The notes: a model not told the origin generated them from the sequence alone. 64,000 nt of DNA from an uncultured Methanosarcinales archaeon (GCA_964444505.1 CAYUHF010000003.1:28189-92188), one strand, 5' to 3'; shown: positions 16,401 to 25,654, counted from the stretch's first letter. A program made the numbers and translations.

Positions 16401-17676
16401 CCCAGACTTTTGAATTTGAGCAATATTCCTGATCATACTGGTTGCAGTCCTCAGTTGTTGTTTCAACTTCACATTCAAAATTAATACATACTCCTTCATC
16501 ATGTTTTACAAAGTCACCAGTACAGTAATCATCATCTAAATAATTACAGTCTGAATCATACTGGCATTCTGTGCATCTTGGGTCGTTGTAGCTTACTGTT
16601 GGGTTTGAACAACTGTTCTCCTCGCACATACAGTTTCTGCAGTCATTAACTTTGTCTGAATAATCATAATAATCATTTCCAACACACCCGTCAAGATGGT
16701 CGCATTCTGTATTGTCACAGTCATAGTTTGAGTCACAATCAGCACCACATCTGCCCTCAACACACTGGAAATTAAAACTGTCAAATATACATCCGCAGTA
16801 GTGGCCGCAGTCTCCATAATAGTCTCTTGTTCCCAGTTTGTTTCCTTCACACCTTTCTGTGCTCTGGACACAATAGTGGTTGTTGTAGGTATCTGGATAT
16901 TCACAACTCTCTGTATAGTCTACATGTCCGTCACCACAGTAAGACTGCTGTTCTATTGTAAAGCTGCTGTCTGCACATGGAATGTTGTGGTCTTTGTAGA
17001 ACATTGCATAATATATTCCTGTCTGGGTTGGTGTGTATTCCCAGTCCCAGTAGCCTTTCTGGCCTGCTTTGTGATGGTTACCCATCCTATCTGGTCCTCC
17101 AAGACTCACTATAGTGCCTGAAGGATTTCTTACTTTAACAATTACATTTGTATAAGGAACATATGATCTTATTCTTATGTAGAATTTCTGGTCTAAAGAA
17201 GGTGTTACCTGGTTTCCATACTGGTCAACAAAGAGCATCTCTTCGTGTGCATCTGGGTCGCAACTCTGCACTTCACCGCCGTCTCCCACCCACACAATAA
17301 AGTCATTAACTGTGTTGTCATATCCAGGAGCATTGAATATATCTATCTGCTGTGTCTGGTCTCCATTTGCATTTATACAAAAAGACCCTGATGTCTTGAC
17401 TTCAGGTGTTGAATCCCTGCACTCTATGCCTGTATCTCCCTGGCAGGTGTGTCTTTCTACTCTCCAGCCGCTGTAAGGTACTGTACAGCACATTGTGTCT
17501 TCATTACATCCAATACAGTTTGGATCATTTTCATATGCACCGCAGATATTTACTATCTCTCCCCATGCACCGCTCTGGCTCTGGTGAGGTATTGGCGGGT
17601 TCGGGTATCCTATTACTGCCTGTAAGGCTATTAGAAATAATACTGAGTAAATTACAAATCTTGTTTTTTTATCCAT
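13420..17676 (-). CDS. Giant secreted cysteine-rich modular surface protein 1 (1418 aa), with 3 copies of a ~270-aa module and a C-terminal CARDB-like beta-sandwich
   Basis: The start was trimmed to the ATG at 17676 (MDKKTRFVIYSVLFLIALQAV signal peptide). Repeated motifs are CMDDSDCDYLDDDYC, CDDGLACNGQETCEE and CGDGIVDPDAGEECE (Myxococcus-type Cys-rich repeat-like). The C-terminus GEELQITVNFRNMGYCEMKNLEIEAF...GFYMVKLELYNEG is CARDB-like. Confidence 0.85.
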   Translation of the reverse strand: MDKKTRFVIYSVLFLIALQAVIGYPNPPIPHQSQSGAWGEIVNICGAYENDPNCIGCNEDTMCCTVPYSGWRVERHTCQGDTGIECRDSTPEVKTSGSFCINANGDQTQQIDIFNAPGYDNTVNDFIVWVGDGGEVQSCDPDAHEEMLFVDQYGNQVTPSLDQKFYIRIRSYVPYTNVIVKVRNPSGTIVSLGGPDRMGNHHKAGQKGYWDWEYTPTQTGIYYAMFYKDHNIPCADSSFTIEQQSYCGDGHVDYTESCEYPDTYNNHYCVQSTERCEGNKLGTRDYYGDCGHYCGCIFDSFNFQCVEGRCGADCDSNYDCDNTECDHLDGCVGNDYYDYSDKVNDCRNCMCEENSCSNPTVSYNDPRCTECQYDSDCNYLDDDYCTGDFVKHDEGVCINFECEVETTTEDCNQYDQEYCSNSKVWEDDGTCSNAQCSVSTSLVEQCDDGLACNGQESCEEDLDTAFCVPGEPIDCSYNDKEEISTCNNIPDDNPFSWDYRESFESECIEPGQCTTWGGIITHACDISRCNAECEKNSDCDDSNPLTDDICVECECEHIKQGYCGDGIVDPDAGEECERPNTALASCDYGSSYLGDYCDANCQLQDEHCEDDYPGCSAHPECDEVIPGTEGCDLTCQPYECMDDSDCDYLDDDYCAGDLIRHDQGVCIENKCEVETTTEDCSELDTEYCSGNSIVTELYSCDSAKCVIIDSDSYSCDDGLACNGQETCEETPGADHQAECVLGEPIDCSEYDIEEIMTCNNMPDSNPYTWDKREGFESECVEPGECTTGDEMITHSCDISRCNAECERNSDCDDSNPLTDDICTDSCTCEYTHNGYCGDGIVDPDAGEECELPNTVLASCDEHGSPYLQDYCDANCKLQDNHCEDDYAGCLSAPECDEFAPGTNGCDEMCQPYECMEDSDCDYLDDDYCDGDFVKHDQGVCIENQCETETTTEDCNELDSGYCVGTEHWGRDGTCSNAECVFSDTLKQDCDDGLGCNGQESCEEDNDSAFCVPGEPIDCSEYDIEEIMTCNNIPDSNPYTWDKREGFESECVEPGECTTEDDTLTHTCDMSRCNAECETDSDCDDSDPLTDDVCTDSCVCEYTHNGYCGDGMVDSSSEECELPDTQDNSYCEQSTEKCEGKKTATRDEFGYCDPNCGCLQDVWPVAECVQGSCGAECDSDDDCNDLNEHTIDTCSGCMCEHEYVPYCGDGNIDAGEECELPGTSGNENCFAKEEECVGNKLSVAQGYGDCSSQCMCVFGEFETKTQCVAGRCGAECATDADCFDDNPTTIDICSDCMCEYEKTECDYNYINEPKAKIRIDRIGFVYDEVVEPGEELQITVNFRNMGYCEMKNLEIEAFVQGLGIKSRRLGPMSVNADGELTRDLLLEIPDDARPGFYMVKLELYNEGLRRVRHRPIIVV
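14361..16572 (-). repeat. Array of three ~810-nt coding tandem modules inside giant gene 1
   Basis: The module boundaries are derived from the repeated YECM(D/E)DSDCDYLDDDYC anchors at aa ~375, 646 and 919. Long stretches are identical in DNA to modules of giant gene 2. For example, 14907-15155 and 19080-19358 give identical alternate-frame peptides. Confidence 0.75.
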
Positions 17677-17723
17677 TTTTATTGTCCACCTCAAATGTTA
17701 TAACCATTAAGTGACTACTATCA

Positions 17724-17753
17724 TTACTACGTAGTAACAACCAATATTTAAAT
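17724..17753 (-). promoter_or_regulatory. Putative promoter of giant gene 1: TATA-like box (17744-17753) plus a perfect 14-nt palindrome TTACTACGTAGTAA (17724-17737) just downstream of it
   Basis: In gene orientation the order is TTTAAATAT, 7 nt, TTACTACGTAGTAA, ~48 nt, ATG. That is the classical archaeal operator position, overlapping the TSS. A related motif occurs at 63338-63356. Confidence 0.4.
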
Positions 17754-17916
17754 CTTTTGGTAAAAGAAGAGAAATACAGATCAAATTAGCAAATTCTCTG
17801 TTGCCAGATAGAGTTTTGAGTTTAGAAACGAAATAGGGCGGGGAGCTACAGTCTGTACCCTGGAAGTGTGATTCCAACATAGTTGTTAAAGAAAATATTC
17901 CAAGAAGTAAAAAGAA

Positions 17917-20900
17917 TCAAATTACAATGATTGGCCTGTGCCTTACTCTTCTCAAGCCTTCATTGTATAATTCAAGCTTGACCATGTAAAACCCTGGCCT
18001 TGCATCATCAGGTATTTCCAGCAACAAGTCTCTTGTCAACTCACCGTCAGCATTCACACTCATTGGACCGAGTCTTCTGCTCTTGATTCCAAGTCCCTGG
18101 ACAAATGCCTCTATCTCAAGGCTCTTCATCTCGCAGTAGCCCATGTTTTTGAAATTGACAACTATCTGGAGCTCTTCGCCGGGTCTTACTATCTCATCAT
18201 GCACAAAGCCGATTCTGTCAATTTTTATCTTGGCTTTTGGGTCTTTTATATAGTTGTAGTCGCACTCTGTTTTTTCATACTCACACATGCAGTCGCTGCA
18301 GATATCTATTGTTGTTGGGTTGTCATCAAAGCAGTCTGCATCTGTTGCACACTCTGCCCCGCATCTTCCAGCTACACACTGTAGTTCTGATTCAAACTCG
18401 CCAAAGGTACACTTGCACTGATAACTGCAGTCACCGTAGCCCTGTGCTACTGACAACTTGTTTCCAACACACTCTTCTTCTCTTGCAAAGCAGTTTTTGT
18501 TGTCTGATGTTCCAGGTAGTTCACACTCTTCACCTGATGCTGTATCAACTATCCCATCACCACAGTATCCAATGTGGGTGTATTCACATACACAGTCTTT
18601 ACAGACCTCATCTGTTAATGGGTCTGAATCATCGCAGTCTGAGTTTGTTTCGCACTCTGCATCACACTCTGAAATATCACATGTGTGCTCTATTGTTTCA
18701 TCTTCTGTTGTACATTCTCCTGGCTCCACACATTCTGACTCAAAGCTTTCTCTATAGTCAAATGTGTATGGGTTATCATCAGGTATATTATTACAGGTTG
18801 AAATTCCTTCTATATCATATTCTGAGCAGTCTATTGGCTCTCCAGATACACAGAATGCTGAATCATTATCTTCTTCACATGACTCCTGGCCATTGCAGCC
18901 AAGTCCGTCATCACACTCTTCCTGCATATAATCGTTAACAATACACTGGGCATCTGAACAGGTTCCTTCTGATACCCAAATCTCTGTGCCCTGGCATGAT
19001 TCTTCGTCATACTGGCTGCAATCTTCTGCTGTGGTCTCGACTTCACATTGGTTTTCTATACATACTCCATTATCATGTTTTACAAAGTCTCCATCACAGT
19101 AATCATCATCCAGATAGTCACAGTCTGAGTCTTCCATACACTCATATGGCTGGCACATCTCATCACAGCCATTTGTTCCTGGTGCAAACTCATCACATTC
19201 TGGTGCTGAAAGACATCCTGCATAGTCATCTTCACAGTGGTTGTCCTGCAGTTTGCAGTTTGCATCACAGTAGTCCTGCAGATATGGTGAACCATGCTCA
19301 TCACATGAAGCCAAAACTGTATTTGGCAGCTCACACTCCTCTCCAGCATCAGGGTCAACTATTCCGTCACCACAATATCCATTGTGGGTGTATTCACATA
19401 TACAACTGTCTGTACAAATATCATCTGTCAATGGGTCTGAATTATCGCAGTCTGAATCTGTTTCGCACTCTGCATTACATCTTGATATGTCACATGTGTG
19501 AGTAAGTGTATCATCTTCTGTTGTACACTCCCCTGGCTCTACACATTCTGATTCAAAACCTTCTCTTTTGTCCCATGTGTATGGGTTGCCATCAGGTATA
19601 TTATTACAAGTTAATATTTCTTCTATATCATATTCTGAGCAGTCGATTGGCTCTCCTGATACACACTCTGCCTGGTGATCAGCTCCTGGTGTTTCTTCAC
19701 ACGTTTCCTGGCCATTACATGCAAGGCCATCATCACAATTATAACTGCCTGAACCTGCTATTACACATTCTGCATTGCTGCATGTATGGTCCTCTGTTAT
19801 AATGGAAGTTCCTGAACAGTATTCTGTGTCAAGCTCATTACAATCCTCTGTGGTTGTTTCTGTTTCACATTTGTTTTCTATACATACCCCATGGTCATGT
19901 TTGACCAAGTCACCTTCACAATAATCATCATCCAGATAATCACAGTCTGAATCATCCATACACTCGTATGGCTGGCAGGTCAAATCACAGCCAGCTGTCC
20001 CTGGGATCACTTCATCACAATCTGGATGTGCTGTACACCCTGGATAGTCATCTTCACAGTGGTCATCCTGGAGCTTACAGTTTGAATCGCAGTAGTCCTG
20101 CAGATAATCTTCCCCATAATCACATGATGCCAGGACTGTGTTTGGAAGCTCACACTCTTCACCTGCATCTGGATCAACTATGCCGTCACCACAGTAGCCT
20201 TGCTTAATATGCTCACATTCGCATTCTACACATATATCATCAGTAAGAGGATTTGAATCGTCACAATCAGAGTTTTTCTCGCATTCTGCATTACATCTTG
20301 AGATATCGCATGCGTGTGTAATTATTCCTCCCCATGTTGTACATTCTCCTGGTTCAATACATTCTGATTCAAAGCTTTCTCTATAGTCCCATGTGTATGG
20401 ATTATCATCTGGTATATTGTTACAGGTTGAAATCTCTTCTTTATCATTATCTGAACAGTCTATTGGTTCTCCTGGTAAACAGAATGCTGTAGCAAGGTCT
20501 TCTTCACATGACTCCTGGCCATTGCATGCAAGGCCATCATCACAGTCCTGTTTTAATGTATCTGAAACAACACACTCTGCATTAGAACATGTCCCGTCTC
20601 TTCCCCAGTGTTCTGTTCCTACACAGTAGCCGCTGTCAAGTTCATTACAATCATTTGTGGTTGTTTCTGTTTCACATTTGTTTTCTATACATACCCCTTG
20701 GTCATGTTTGACCAAGTCACCTTCACAATAATCATCATCTAAATAATCACAGTCTGAGTCATCCATGCACTCGTATGGCTGGCATGTCAAGTCACAGCCA
20801 GCTGTCCCAGGAATTAATTCATCACATTGAGAATCAGCTGTACATCCTGGATAATCATCTTCACAGTGGTTGTCCTGCAGTTTGCAGTTTGCATCACAGT

Positions 20901-23115
20901 AATCCTGCAGATAATCTTCCCCATAATCACATGATGCCAGGACTGTGTTTGGAAGCTCACACTCTTCACCTGCATCTGGATCAACTATGCCGTCACCACA
21001 GTAGCCTTGCTTAATATGCTCACATTCGCATTCTACACATATATCATCAGTAAGAGGATTTGAATCGTCACAATCAGAGTTTTTCTCGCATTCTGCATTA
21101 CATCTTGAGATATCGCATGCGTGTGTAATTATTCCTCCCCATGTTGTACATTCTCCTGGTTCAATACATTCTGATTCAAAGCTTTCTCTATAGTCCCATG
21201 TGTATGGATTATCATCCGGTATATTGTTACAGGTTGAAATCTCTTCTTTATCATTATCTGAGCAGTCTATTGGTTCCCCTGGTACACAGAATGCTGTATC
21301 AAGGTCTTCTTCACACGTTTCCTGGCCATTGCATGCAAGGCCATCATCACATTGTTCAACTAAACTTGTCGCTACTGAACATTCTGCATTATCACAAATG
21401 CCGTCATCTTCCCAAACCTGGGTTCCTGAACAATATTCCTGATCATACTGGTTGCAATCCTCTGTTGTTGTTTGCACCTGACATGCATAATCAACACACA
21501 CTCCTTGGTCATGCTTAACTAAATCACCCACACAGTAATCATTATCTAAATAATTACAATCTGAATCATCCTGGCATTCTGTACATCTTGGGTCATCTTC
21601 ATAAATAGTTGGATTTGAACAGCTGTTATCCTCGCACATACAATTTCCCATGCAGTCATTAACCTTGTCTGAATAGTCATAATAATCTTTTCCAATACAC
21701 CCATCAAGATGGTCGCATTCTGTTGCAAAACAGTCATCATCCGAATCACACTGTGCTCCGCAAACATTCTGGACACAGTACTCGTTCTGCGGCTCTGCAA
21801 AGCAGTCAACAGAACAGTTTTCACAAGTGCAGTCTGAAAAACAGCTGTTGTCGCATGACTCTCTTACAACTGTTGAGTCCAGTACTTTATCAGAATCATA
21901 TTCAACCAGTTTGTTTCCATTACAATAATCTTCATAGGTTTCTTCACATGAGTTTTCAGGACAATCACCATCTGAATCACACTGTGCTTCGCAGCTGTCC
22001 TCTACACACAGGGCAGTGTTCCAGTTGTCATCTACACATCCGCATGATGAATCACAATATCCAAACTCATCTCTTGTTGCTGTTTTTAGGCCAACACATT
22101 TTTTTGTGGATTGGTCGCAATAAGTATTATCTTCTGTTTCCGGAAGCTCACATTCTTCATCTGGATCAACAAAACCGTCTCCACAGTAAGCAAGTGGCTG
22201 GCACTCTTGGTCACAACCTCCTGTTCCAGGGATTAATTCATCGCAATCAGGATGAGAGCTGCATCCAGGATAGTCATCCTCACAATGTTCATCCTGCAGC
22301 TGGCAGTTGGAATCACAGTAGTCTCCAAGATAACTGTTTCCATGATCACATGTTGAGAGTGCATGGTTTGGAGGGTCGCACTCTTCTCCTTCTTCTATAA
22401 TTCCGTTTCCGCATACTGGCTCTGTTATTTCAAAATGCAGGTATTTGTCCTGCCATATTGTGGACTCACACTGGCATTCATTAGGCAGCCATGTATGAAC
22501 AGAGAAGTTATGTTCTCCTGGTTCTGTGATTGTATAAGTATAAGTGAATTCTTTTTTGACTCCGAATGGAATCTGGGCCATCCCGCTTTCCTGAAGTTCA
22601 TCGTCTGCATAGAAATGCACATCTACTGTTGATGCAAAATGAGGATAAACAAGATCTGATGGTACTGACTGCGGACCTGTTTCAGCAGGAAAGTCATGTG
22701 ATGCTTCAACTTTTGCTGTTATTGTGACTGTGTCACCAATTTCAGGGTTTTGCGGCTCCATTGTAATTTCTCTTACAGGAGCTGCACAGTCCGTTGCTTT
22801 TTCAAAATCAACATTATATGACCATGGACCTTCTCCTGTCTGGTCATCTGTGCTAACAATATATGTCTGGGGCATGTAGCAATCTTTGTAGTTGTACTCT
22901 CCAAAGTACTGTTGTCCAGAACCATCCAGAACATACTCGTTTGAACTGCCGTAGTAATTACCCAGCTCTTCTGTCAGATAATAACAGTCATCACCCCAGC
23001 ATTTCCACACATTTGTGTGAAAGTCTGAATCAGATTCTACAATTATTCTCACTGGATAAGCTGAAACTGATGCAACCAGAATCAGCATCCAAAATAAGTA
23101 AACAAGTTTTTTCAT
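17917..23115 (-). CDS. Giant secreted cysteine-rich modular surface protein 2 (1733 aa), with 4 module copies, an N-terminal Ig-like region and the same C-terminal CARDB-like domain
   Basis: The start was trimmed to the ATG at 23115 (MKKLVYLFWMLILVASVSAYP). GAGGTC lies 10 nt after the stop of the upstream gene. The last ~320 nt are nearly identical to 13420-13740. Confidence 0.85.
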   Translation of the reverse strand: MKKLVYLFWMLILVASVSAYPVRIIVESDSDFHTNVWKCWGDDCYYLTEELGNYYGSSNEYVLDGSGQQYFGEYNYKDCYMPQTYIVSTDDQTGEGPWSYNVDFEKATDCAAPVREITMEPQNPEIGDTVTITAKVEASHDFPAETGPQSVPSDLVYPHFASTVDVHFYADDELQESGMAQIPFGVKKEFTYTYTITEPGEHNFSVHTWLPNECQCESTIWQDKYLHFEITEPVCGNGIIEEGEECDPPNHALSTCDHGNSYLGDYCDSNCQLQDEHCEDDYPGCSSHPDCDELIPGTGGCDQECQPLAYCGDGFVDPDEECELPETEDNTYCDQSTKKCVGLKTATRDEFGYCDSSCGCVDDNWNTALCVEDSCEAQCDSDGDCPENSCEETYEDYCNGNKLVEYDSDKVLDSTVVRESCDNSCFSDCTCENCSVDCFAEPQNEYCVQNVCGAQCDSDDDCFATECDHLDGCIGKDYYDYSDKVNDCMGNCMCEDNSCSNPTIYEDDPRCTECQDDSDCNYLDNDYCVGDLVKHDQGVCVDYACQVQTTTEDCNQYDQEYCSGTQVWEDDGICDNAECSVATSLVEQCDDGLACNGQETCEEDLDTAFCVPGEPIDCSDNDKEEISTCNNIPDDNPYTWDYRESFESECIEPGECTTWGGIITHACDISRCNAECEKNSDCDDSNPLTDDICVECECEHIKQGYCGDGIVDPDAGEECELPNTVLASCDYGEDYLQDYCDANCKLQDNHCEDDYPGCTADSQCDELIPGTAGCDLTCQPYECMDDSDCDYLDDDYCEGDLVKHDQGVCIENKCETETTTNDCNELDSGYCVGTEHWGRDGTCSNAECVVSDTLKQDCDDGLACNGQESCEEDLATAFCLPGEPIDCSDNDKEEISTCNNIPDDNPYTWDYRESFESECIEPGECTTWGGIITHACDISRCNAECEKNSDCDDSNPLTDDICVECECEHIKQGYCGDGIVDPDAGEECELPNTVLASCDYGEDYLQDYCDSNCKLQDDHCEDDYPGCTAHPDCDEVIPGTAGCDLTCQPYECMDDSDCDYLDDDYCEGDLVKHDHGVCIENKCETETTTEDCNELDTEYCSGTSIITEDHTCSNAECVIAGSGSYNCDDGLACNGQETCEETPGADHQAECVSGEPIDCSEYDIEEILTCNNIPDGNPYTWDKREGFESECVEPGECTTEDDTLTHTCDISRCNAECETDSDCDNSDPLTDDICTDSCICEYTHNGYCGDGIVDPDAGEECELPNTVLASCDEHGSPYLQDYCDANCKLQDNHCEDDYAGCLSAPECDEFAPGTNGCDEMCQPYECMEDSDCDYLDDDYCDGDFVKHDNGVCIENQCEVETTAEDCSQYDEESCQGTEIWVSEGTCSDAQCIVNDYMQEECDDGLGCNGQESCEEDNDSAFCVSGEPIDCSEYDIEGISTCNNIPDDNPYTFDYRESFESECVEPGECTTEDETIEHTCDISECDAECETNSDCDDSDPLTDEVCKDCVCEYTHIGYCGDGIVDTASGEECELPGTSDNKNCFAREEECVGNKLSVAQGYGDCSYQCKCTFGEFESELQCVAGRCGAECATDADCFDDNPTTIDICSDCMCEYEKTECDYNYIKDPKAKIKIDRIGFVHDEIVRPGEELQIVVNFKNMGYCEMKSLEIEAFVQGLGIKSRRLGPMSVNADGELTRDLLLEIPDDARPGFYMVKLELYNEGLRRVRHRPIIVI
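18423..21576 (-). repeat. Array of four ~810-nt coding tandem modules inside giant gene 2
   Basis: Anchors lie at aa ~569, 838, 1107 and 1381 of the ORF. ORF-track alternate-frame peptides recur at 19968, 20775 and 15765. Confidence 0.75.
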
Positions 23116-23125
23116 ATTAAGACCT

Positions 23126-24280
23126 CTATTGTCCTTCCCTGCCAGGAGTTCTTGTTGGTCCTGGAGCTGGTTCACTATCATCAGGTGTATTCTCTGGCGG
23201 CACAGGGGTATCAGGGATATCACCCATATCACCTGTTGGTGTTGGTCCTGGTTGTGGTGCCGGTTTTGTCTGTATTGCACCCTCTGTGGGTTCAGGTACT
23301 ACAGTTGGTATAGGTGTTCCTTCTCTGCTTGGATCCCTTTCTTTTTGCTCTCTTGTTTTTTGAGGTGTGATTGTCGGGAATACATAAGTTGGAGATGTTG
23401 GTGTTGGGAGCACATAGACTGGAGTATTTGTAGCCCTTGGACTTTGACCTCTTGGGATAGACACCATAAATTGTTCATATACACTCTGGCAGCCTTCCTG
23501 GTTTTCAAACATCCCTATGAAATCAGCAAATTCATACAATCCACAAGTAAGACCCTGCATTCTGAGTCTATCAAGCATTCCTCCTTCAAAAACATACATT
23601 CTAATACCATTAATATCCTTGACATCAACTGGTTCTGCTTCTTCACATTCCTTGTACTTGAAGGTTTGGCTGTCAATTGGTGTTTTTGTGTATCCGCAAA
23701 TCTTAAAGTCTACCCAGTCATCTTTGTCTGTTATCAAATAAAGACTTAGTTTCTGATCCAGACCAGCACACGAGTTTATTATTCTTGATGCATCTCCAAG
23801 CTCTCTGAAAATACTCTCTCTGGCTTCACTTGGACTGCCGCTTTTTCCAATTATTGCCTCTAATTTCTCCTCTCTCCCCATAATATTTGAACCAAAAAGA
23901 ACAGTCATTGCATTGTTTCCAGAACAACAATAATCTGAAGAAACTGTATCTGATACTGCCTGTGTTGGCTCGTATGTTGCTGATGGCTCTGGTGTTAGGC
24001 TCTGCCAGGCTCTTGTTGCCTCCTCTGCTATTGAAGCCTCAGCTGTTCCCCAAACAGCAGTCTCTAAATTTGAAGTACTCATATCAGAAGCATCAGCCTG
24101 GTGAGATGACTCATCTTCCACCTCATACTTTGTAGGAGTTACACTCATTCCAAGACATCCAAAAGTACCAAAAGAGGCTCCAGCCAAAGCAAGTAATATC
24201 GCGTTTTTAGGATTTTCTCTAATATTATTGATAACTCTACCTGCCCTATAACCAAAATTAGCCAAACCATACTGTTCCAT
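23126..24280 (-). CDS. N-terminally membrane-anchored protein with a Cys-containing globular domain and a C-terminal Pro/Thr-rich tail. It is co-operonic with giant gene 2.
   Basis: The start was trimmed to the ATG at 24280 (MEQYG..., GGAGGT SD 7 nt upstream). The TM segment is AILLALAGASFGTFGCLG. The tail is PTPTSPTYVFPTITP...PAPQPGPTPTG. The stop lies 10 nt before the giant gene start. Confidence 0.7.
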   Translation of the reverse strand: MEQYGLANFGYRAGRVINNIRENPKNAILLALAGASFGTFGCLGMSVTPTKYEVEDESSHQADASDMSTSNLETAVWGTAEASIAEEATRAWQSLTPEPSATYEPTQAVSDTVSSDYCCSGNNAMTVLFGSNIMGREEKLEAIIGKSGSPSEARESIFRELGDASRIINSCAGLDQKLSLYLITDKDDWVDFKICGYTKTPIDSQTFKYKECEEAEPVDVKDINGIRMYVFEGGMLDRLRMQGLTCGLYEFADFIGMFENQEGCQSVYEQFMVSIPRGQSPRATNTPVYVLPTPTSPTYVFPTITPQKTREQKERDPSREGTPIPTVVPEPTEGAIQTKPAPQPGPTPTGDMGDIPDTPVPPENTPDDSEPAPGPTRTPGREGQ

Positions 24281-24613
24281 TTTACATACCTCCATTGAAC
24301 ATGTTCTAAAAGTCAAAACAACTTGTTTCTTTATTACTTTAGAGTACTAAACCACTTATATAAATGTTTCGGTTACTTGGAAACCCGAGCTAATAGTCAT
24401 TTGATGCACGACAGTAATTATGCCACCTGTGGATAATTCAGAAATGCTTTTCTTAATTCCTGAACATAGTGACGGGACAGCCCGGGCTTCACCTCGGATT
24501 TTCAAGTCAGCAAATCCGCTTTCTAAAACCAAGAAGTACCCTGCAATTCAGTGTGGGAGCATCAGAAGCATATTTACGTTATTTATTTATACCAAGACAA
24601 TTATACTTTTTTT

Positions 24614-25654
24614 ATGATCGCAATAATTGGAGCAGGGCCTGTTGGGTGCTATACTGGCTATCTTCTGGCGAAAATGGGCTATGATATTGAAATCTTTGAG
24701 CAGGCATCAGTTATTGGAAAACCTGTTCAGTGCACAGGAATTGTCTCCACAAGGTTAAGAAAAATTGTTGAGGGGGATTTCGTGATAAACACAACAACAA
24801 AGGCAAAAATCTCCTGCGGCAAAGAACTTTTTCTTGATACCAAAAATCTTGTTATTGACAGGACACTTTTTGATATGCATCTTGCTGAGATGGCAGAAAG
24901 TGAAGGTGCACAAATACACCTCAAACACAAACTCACAAAAATCAATAAAGAGCTTTATTTTGGAAAAAACAAGAAAAAAGCAGATATCATTATTGGTGCT
25001 GATGGTCCAAACAGTGTTGTTGCAAAGCATATCGGTGTCAAACATGATTATTTTTTAGGGATGCAAGTTAGAGCAAGATATCCTAATGAGAACATTGTTG
25101 AGTTTTATCCTGGTGCTGGTGATTTTGGCTGGGTTGTTCCTGAATCAAAAAAGACTGCAAGAATTGGTATTGTATCAAGAAATCCGAAAAGAGAATTTGA
25201 TAAATTCCTAGAACTCATTAAGCCTGGAAAGATTCTTGAGCACAACGCAGGGTTAATACCAATATACAATCCAAAAATCCAGACAAAAAAAGACAATATA
25301 TACATTGTTGGTGATGCTGCAGGAATGGTCAAGCCGACAACTGCGGGAGGAATTGTGCAGGGACTTTTAGGGGCAGAAGCGCTTGCAGAATCAATTGATA
25401 AAAACACAGATTACGAGAGAGAATGGAGAAAACGCATTGGAAAAGACCAATATATTTCTTTGATGATGAGAAAAATAATGGACAAGTTCTCAAAAAGAGA
25501 TTATGAAATCCTGATTGATATTTTTGATAGTCCTTCAGGCAGAAGAATACTTGAGACAAAAAACAGGGATAATATTTCCTCTTTTATCCCCGAGTTAATT
25601 CTATTATCAATCAAGGACCCGAGAATGTTTGGTTACTTGAGATATTTGTTTTAG
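24614..25654 (+). CDS. FAD-dependent geranylgeranyl reductase family oxidoreductase
   Basis: MIAIIGAGPVGCYTGYLLAKMGYDIEIFE is an FAD Rossmann GxGxxG motif. The start was trimmed to the ATG at 24614. The rest of the sequence is GGR-like. Confidence 0.75.
   Translation: MIAIIGAGPVGCYTGYLLAKMGYDIEIFEQASVIGKPVQCTGIVSTRLRKIVEGDFVINTTTKAKISCGKELFLDTKNLVIDRTLFDMHLAEMAESEGAQIHLKHKLTKINKELYFGKNKKKADIIIGADGPNSVVAKHIGVKHDYFLGMQVRARYPNENIVEFYPGAGDFGWVVPESKKTARIGIVSRNPKREFDKFLELIKPGKILEHNAGLIPIYNPKIQTKKDNIYIVGDAAGMVKPTTAGGIVQGLLGAEALAESIDKNTDYEREWRKRIGKDQYISLMMRKIMDKFSKRDYEILIDIFDSPSGRRILETKNRDNISSFIPELILLSIKDPRMFGYLRYLF

Noticed and set aside
14361-21576. Possible CRISPR array, suggested by regularly spaced repeats
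   Set aside because: The repeats are ~810 nt long, contiguous with no spacer/repeat alternation, and coding as protein modules in one long ORF. They are not 25-40-nt direct repeats.
13734-22400. Dozens of plus-strand ORFs inside the giant genes (e.g. 13734..14489, 14757..15701, 18237..18938, 21723..22400) and short minus-strand alternate-frame ORFs
   Set aside because: They are antisense or alternate-frame artefacts of the giant minus-strand CDSs. They are repeated wherever the coding module is repeated and are H/L/S-rich with low complexity.
23126-24280. Sortase-like catalytic motif QGLTCGL in the PT-tailed membrane protein
   Set aside because: No conserved His lies upstream in the ~70 preceding residues, and archaea lack classical sortases. 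It is probably a chance match.
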